A stretch of DNA of 64,000 nucleotides. Source: an uncultured Opitutales bacterium (GTDB lineage: Bacteria > Verrucomicrobiota > Verrucomicrobiia > Opitutales > T3Sed10-336). Under the pieces are notes generated by a model. The model did not search any database. It saw only the letters and a list, made by a program, of their open reading frames with translations, and was not told the DNA's origin. Both the position numbers and the translations under genes were made by a program. The stretch spans positions 5,968-69,967 of the forward strand of contig CAZYAN010000012.1 in the NCBI GenBank assembly GCA_964645585.1, in the 5' to 3' direction. This document shows positions 63,501 through 64,000 of the stretch, one piece after another (position 1 is the first letter of the stretch; each line of letters opens with the position of its first letter).

Positions 63501-63879
63501 TGGTATTCTCGAGAGCGACCGGATCTTCGCCGAGGGCGTGAACCGCGCGATCGACCAAGGCGGAGATGGCGAGCGGATCGACTTGCAAATTGACCACGGC
63601 CGCCCGCGTATAGGGGCCGAGCGCGTTCGCGGCGCCCTCCTTGACCCAGATGCTGTAGCTGGTGCCGGGCAGCAGCTCGGGCGCGTTGCTTTGCCAGATC
63701 AGGTACGCCCACGTCTGGCCGCCGCCTTCCGCGGTGACGCCGGCGGTGAAAATCGACTCTTGTACGGGGAGAGCGTCCTGGGCGGAAGCCGACGCGGCGG
63801 AGAGCAGAAGCGCTGTTCCCAAGAGGAGAGAGCGAAGAGACGTTCTCCGCGCGGGAAGCCGAGAAAGGAATGTTTTCAT
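60571..63879 (-). CDS. Giant secreted protein (~1,102 aa) with several FN3-like segments, function unknown
   Basis: ATG at 63879 gives signal 'MKTFLSRLPARRTSLRSLLLGTALLLSAASASA'. FN3-like patterns 'LRLHWDAPDNSGDKKTTGYLIYRW' and 'VKVAAVTASGEVGPWSNVEEFEW'. No catalytic motif recognised. Confidence 0.8.
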   Translation of the reverse strand: MKTFLSRLPARRTSLRSLLLGTALLLSAASASAQDALPVQESIFTAGVTAEGGGQTWAYLIWQSNAPELLPGTSYSIWVKEGAANALGPYTRAAVVNLQVDPLAISALVDRAVHALGEDPVALENTITNLFEDLATGSIGLPEKISGVILGALTEDRHVENLLLAARRHPALNMALGQAVALPIPPAGDMTFEIREHDSARNADLGVVGRVTVNHAAPVLLPPPTAVAAAPMNPQTGFSNLNIKLRWDTPDALRRVQLLTQGFNLYRVDKTFAEGDGWPGSPPSGEIISALSEMPGSGVDRVNQAPITPDQMLTAPEVTTADHEVFFYIDEETRFPGFPDTHTAPKHGDQFYYFVTVRDILGRDIHSGTSPGTLGTFCDTMPPRTPRGLKVTNEFTYNGGAEEQVLRLHWDAPDNSGDKKTTGYLIYRWSRSDEVYQLGGDPSVNLVTPIPLPYTQTSWEDPGPYDMSTGLIFDNTVWYTIRAVDDGMLSPPGAAVCADPPFYNLSGHSAPAPGVLRDRVGPARPDGTIQTWCVVPKIEGKSPARRPIERPDPDYLTFYLTAERPENEPNIVAVDFRRVEAGGIFHDLGRVTFADNARKLTLPYREVRMNQDQKLWNFQARAVTIHGEVSGWSTIDVPLVPTADTATEVPWAVWGEYQRVDQIEVPGQGSRYCQTHLIPPPEFIPPDEHPGITVEFLPPEGTVQYKLYARIDDGPLTLVHEDSGEFNPLIPVFVAVELLPATESELCFFLQVFDLNGNPSRMTRLGCLPVQGTQPIPKPMLAPIESKVDGIVPNAGIRWFCPPHGVERFRLWIAATPSVISAASSDLLYDDPDTPSPNIVSEDVGNGVMENFDYASFNTELVGPLFGDGAMFSLDVPVLPGTRLRVKVAAVTASGEVGPWSNVEEFEWKPEEEGSGPDVPWPARPLPGVDTADSFSPHLGAVYIDERSMVGVRIGQVDGYFRPVSEKEGYPTFVIQMPHDVDVWLFKANFAAPAGERTILPAALYRTQVPDGTLYSQVPGDIVQVSPLMETIVAEETVEGQYIQDPFIHVGHSYINQSKADIYLLDTQPQVIGATYYYLLVLFDPISKEIFKIIPAGTVTIP

Positions 63880-64000
63880 GGCGATAGATAGTCTGATCAT
63901 ACTCCCCCGGCCCCGCTCATGGAGCCGTCCGAGCCGATTTCGGTTTCGATCGTGGCGGATTTGCTGAATTTGATGCAGAAGGCGCACGGACCAATTTCGC

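Overview
GC-rich, very gene-dense 64-kb chromosomal window. I support about 50 CDS. By eye there is no rRNA, tRNA, CRISPR array, transposase or integrase. The gene content points to a polysaccharide-degrading member of the PVC superphylum, most likely Verrucomicrobiota (inference only). The supporting content is a PEP-CTERM anchor, a prepilin-type H-X9-DG protein, many large secreted proteins with a 'DPDGDG...RFFRLRV' C-terminal domain, a sulfatase, GH9/GH115-like enzymes, Tat-signal Gfo/Idh/MocA + ThuA + TIM-barrel isomerase sets, and overlapping pyrG-kdsA. Layout: 1-12.2 kb is a plus-strand glycan-degradation cluster. 12.4-19.8 kb is housekeeping plus a LytS/LytTR pair. 19.9-23.2 kb is a giant adhesin-like protein. 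23.3-24.9 kb is an unusual lipoyl-PSBD-KAS III fusion. 25.0-36.0 kb is an 11-kb co-directional minus-strand block holding a split sigma-54 two-component system and an uncharacterised membrane/beta-sandwich/P-loop mini-cluster. 36-41.6 kb is housekeeping (DD-carboxypeptidase, rhomboid, ferritin-like, rdgB, ribD, MBL). 41.8-51.7 kb holds GH9, a sulfatase-SGNH fusion and a sugar-oxidation set. 51.8-56.6 kb holds vapBC, redox enzymes, pncA and a globin. 56.7-63.9 kb is an operon of two >1,100-aa secreted proteins. Most noteworthy: (1) the lipoyl/E3-binding/FabH fusion; (2) a ~230-aa uncharacterised module shared by four adjacent secreted proteins and apparently nested inside their C-terminal domain; (3) the sigma-54 EBP + LTXXQ-like protein + propeller + barrel + kinase block, which has a near-consensus -24/-12 promoter; (4) a frame switch in the DUF3592-like cluster; (5) a heptanucleotide microsatellite in an AT-rich convergent spacer. 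All functional calls come from motif recognition by eye; no database search was run.
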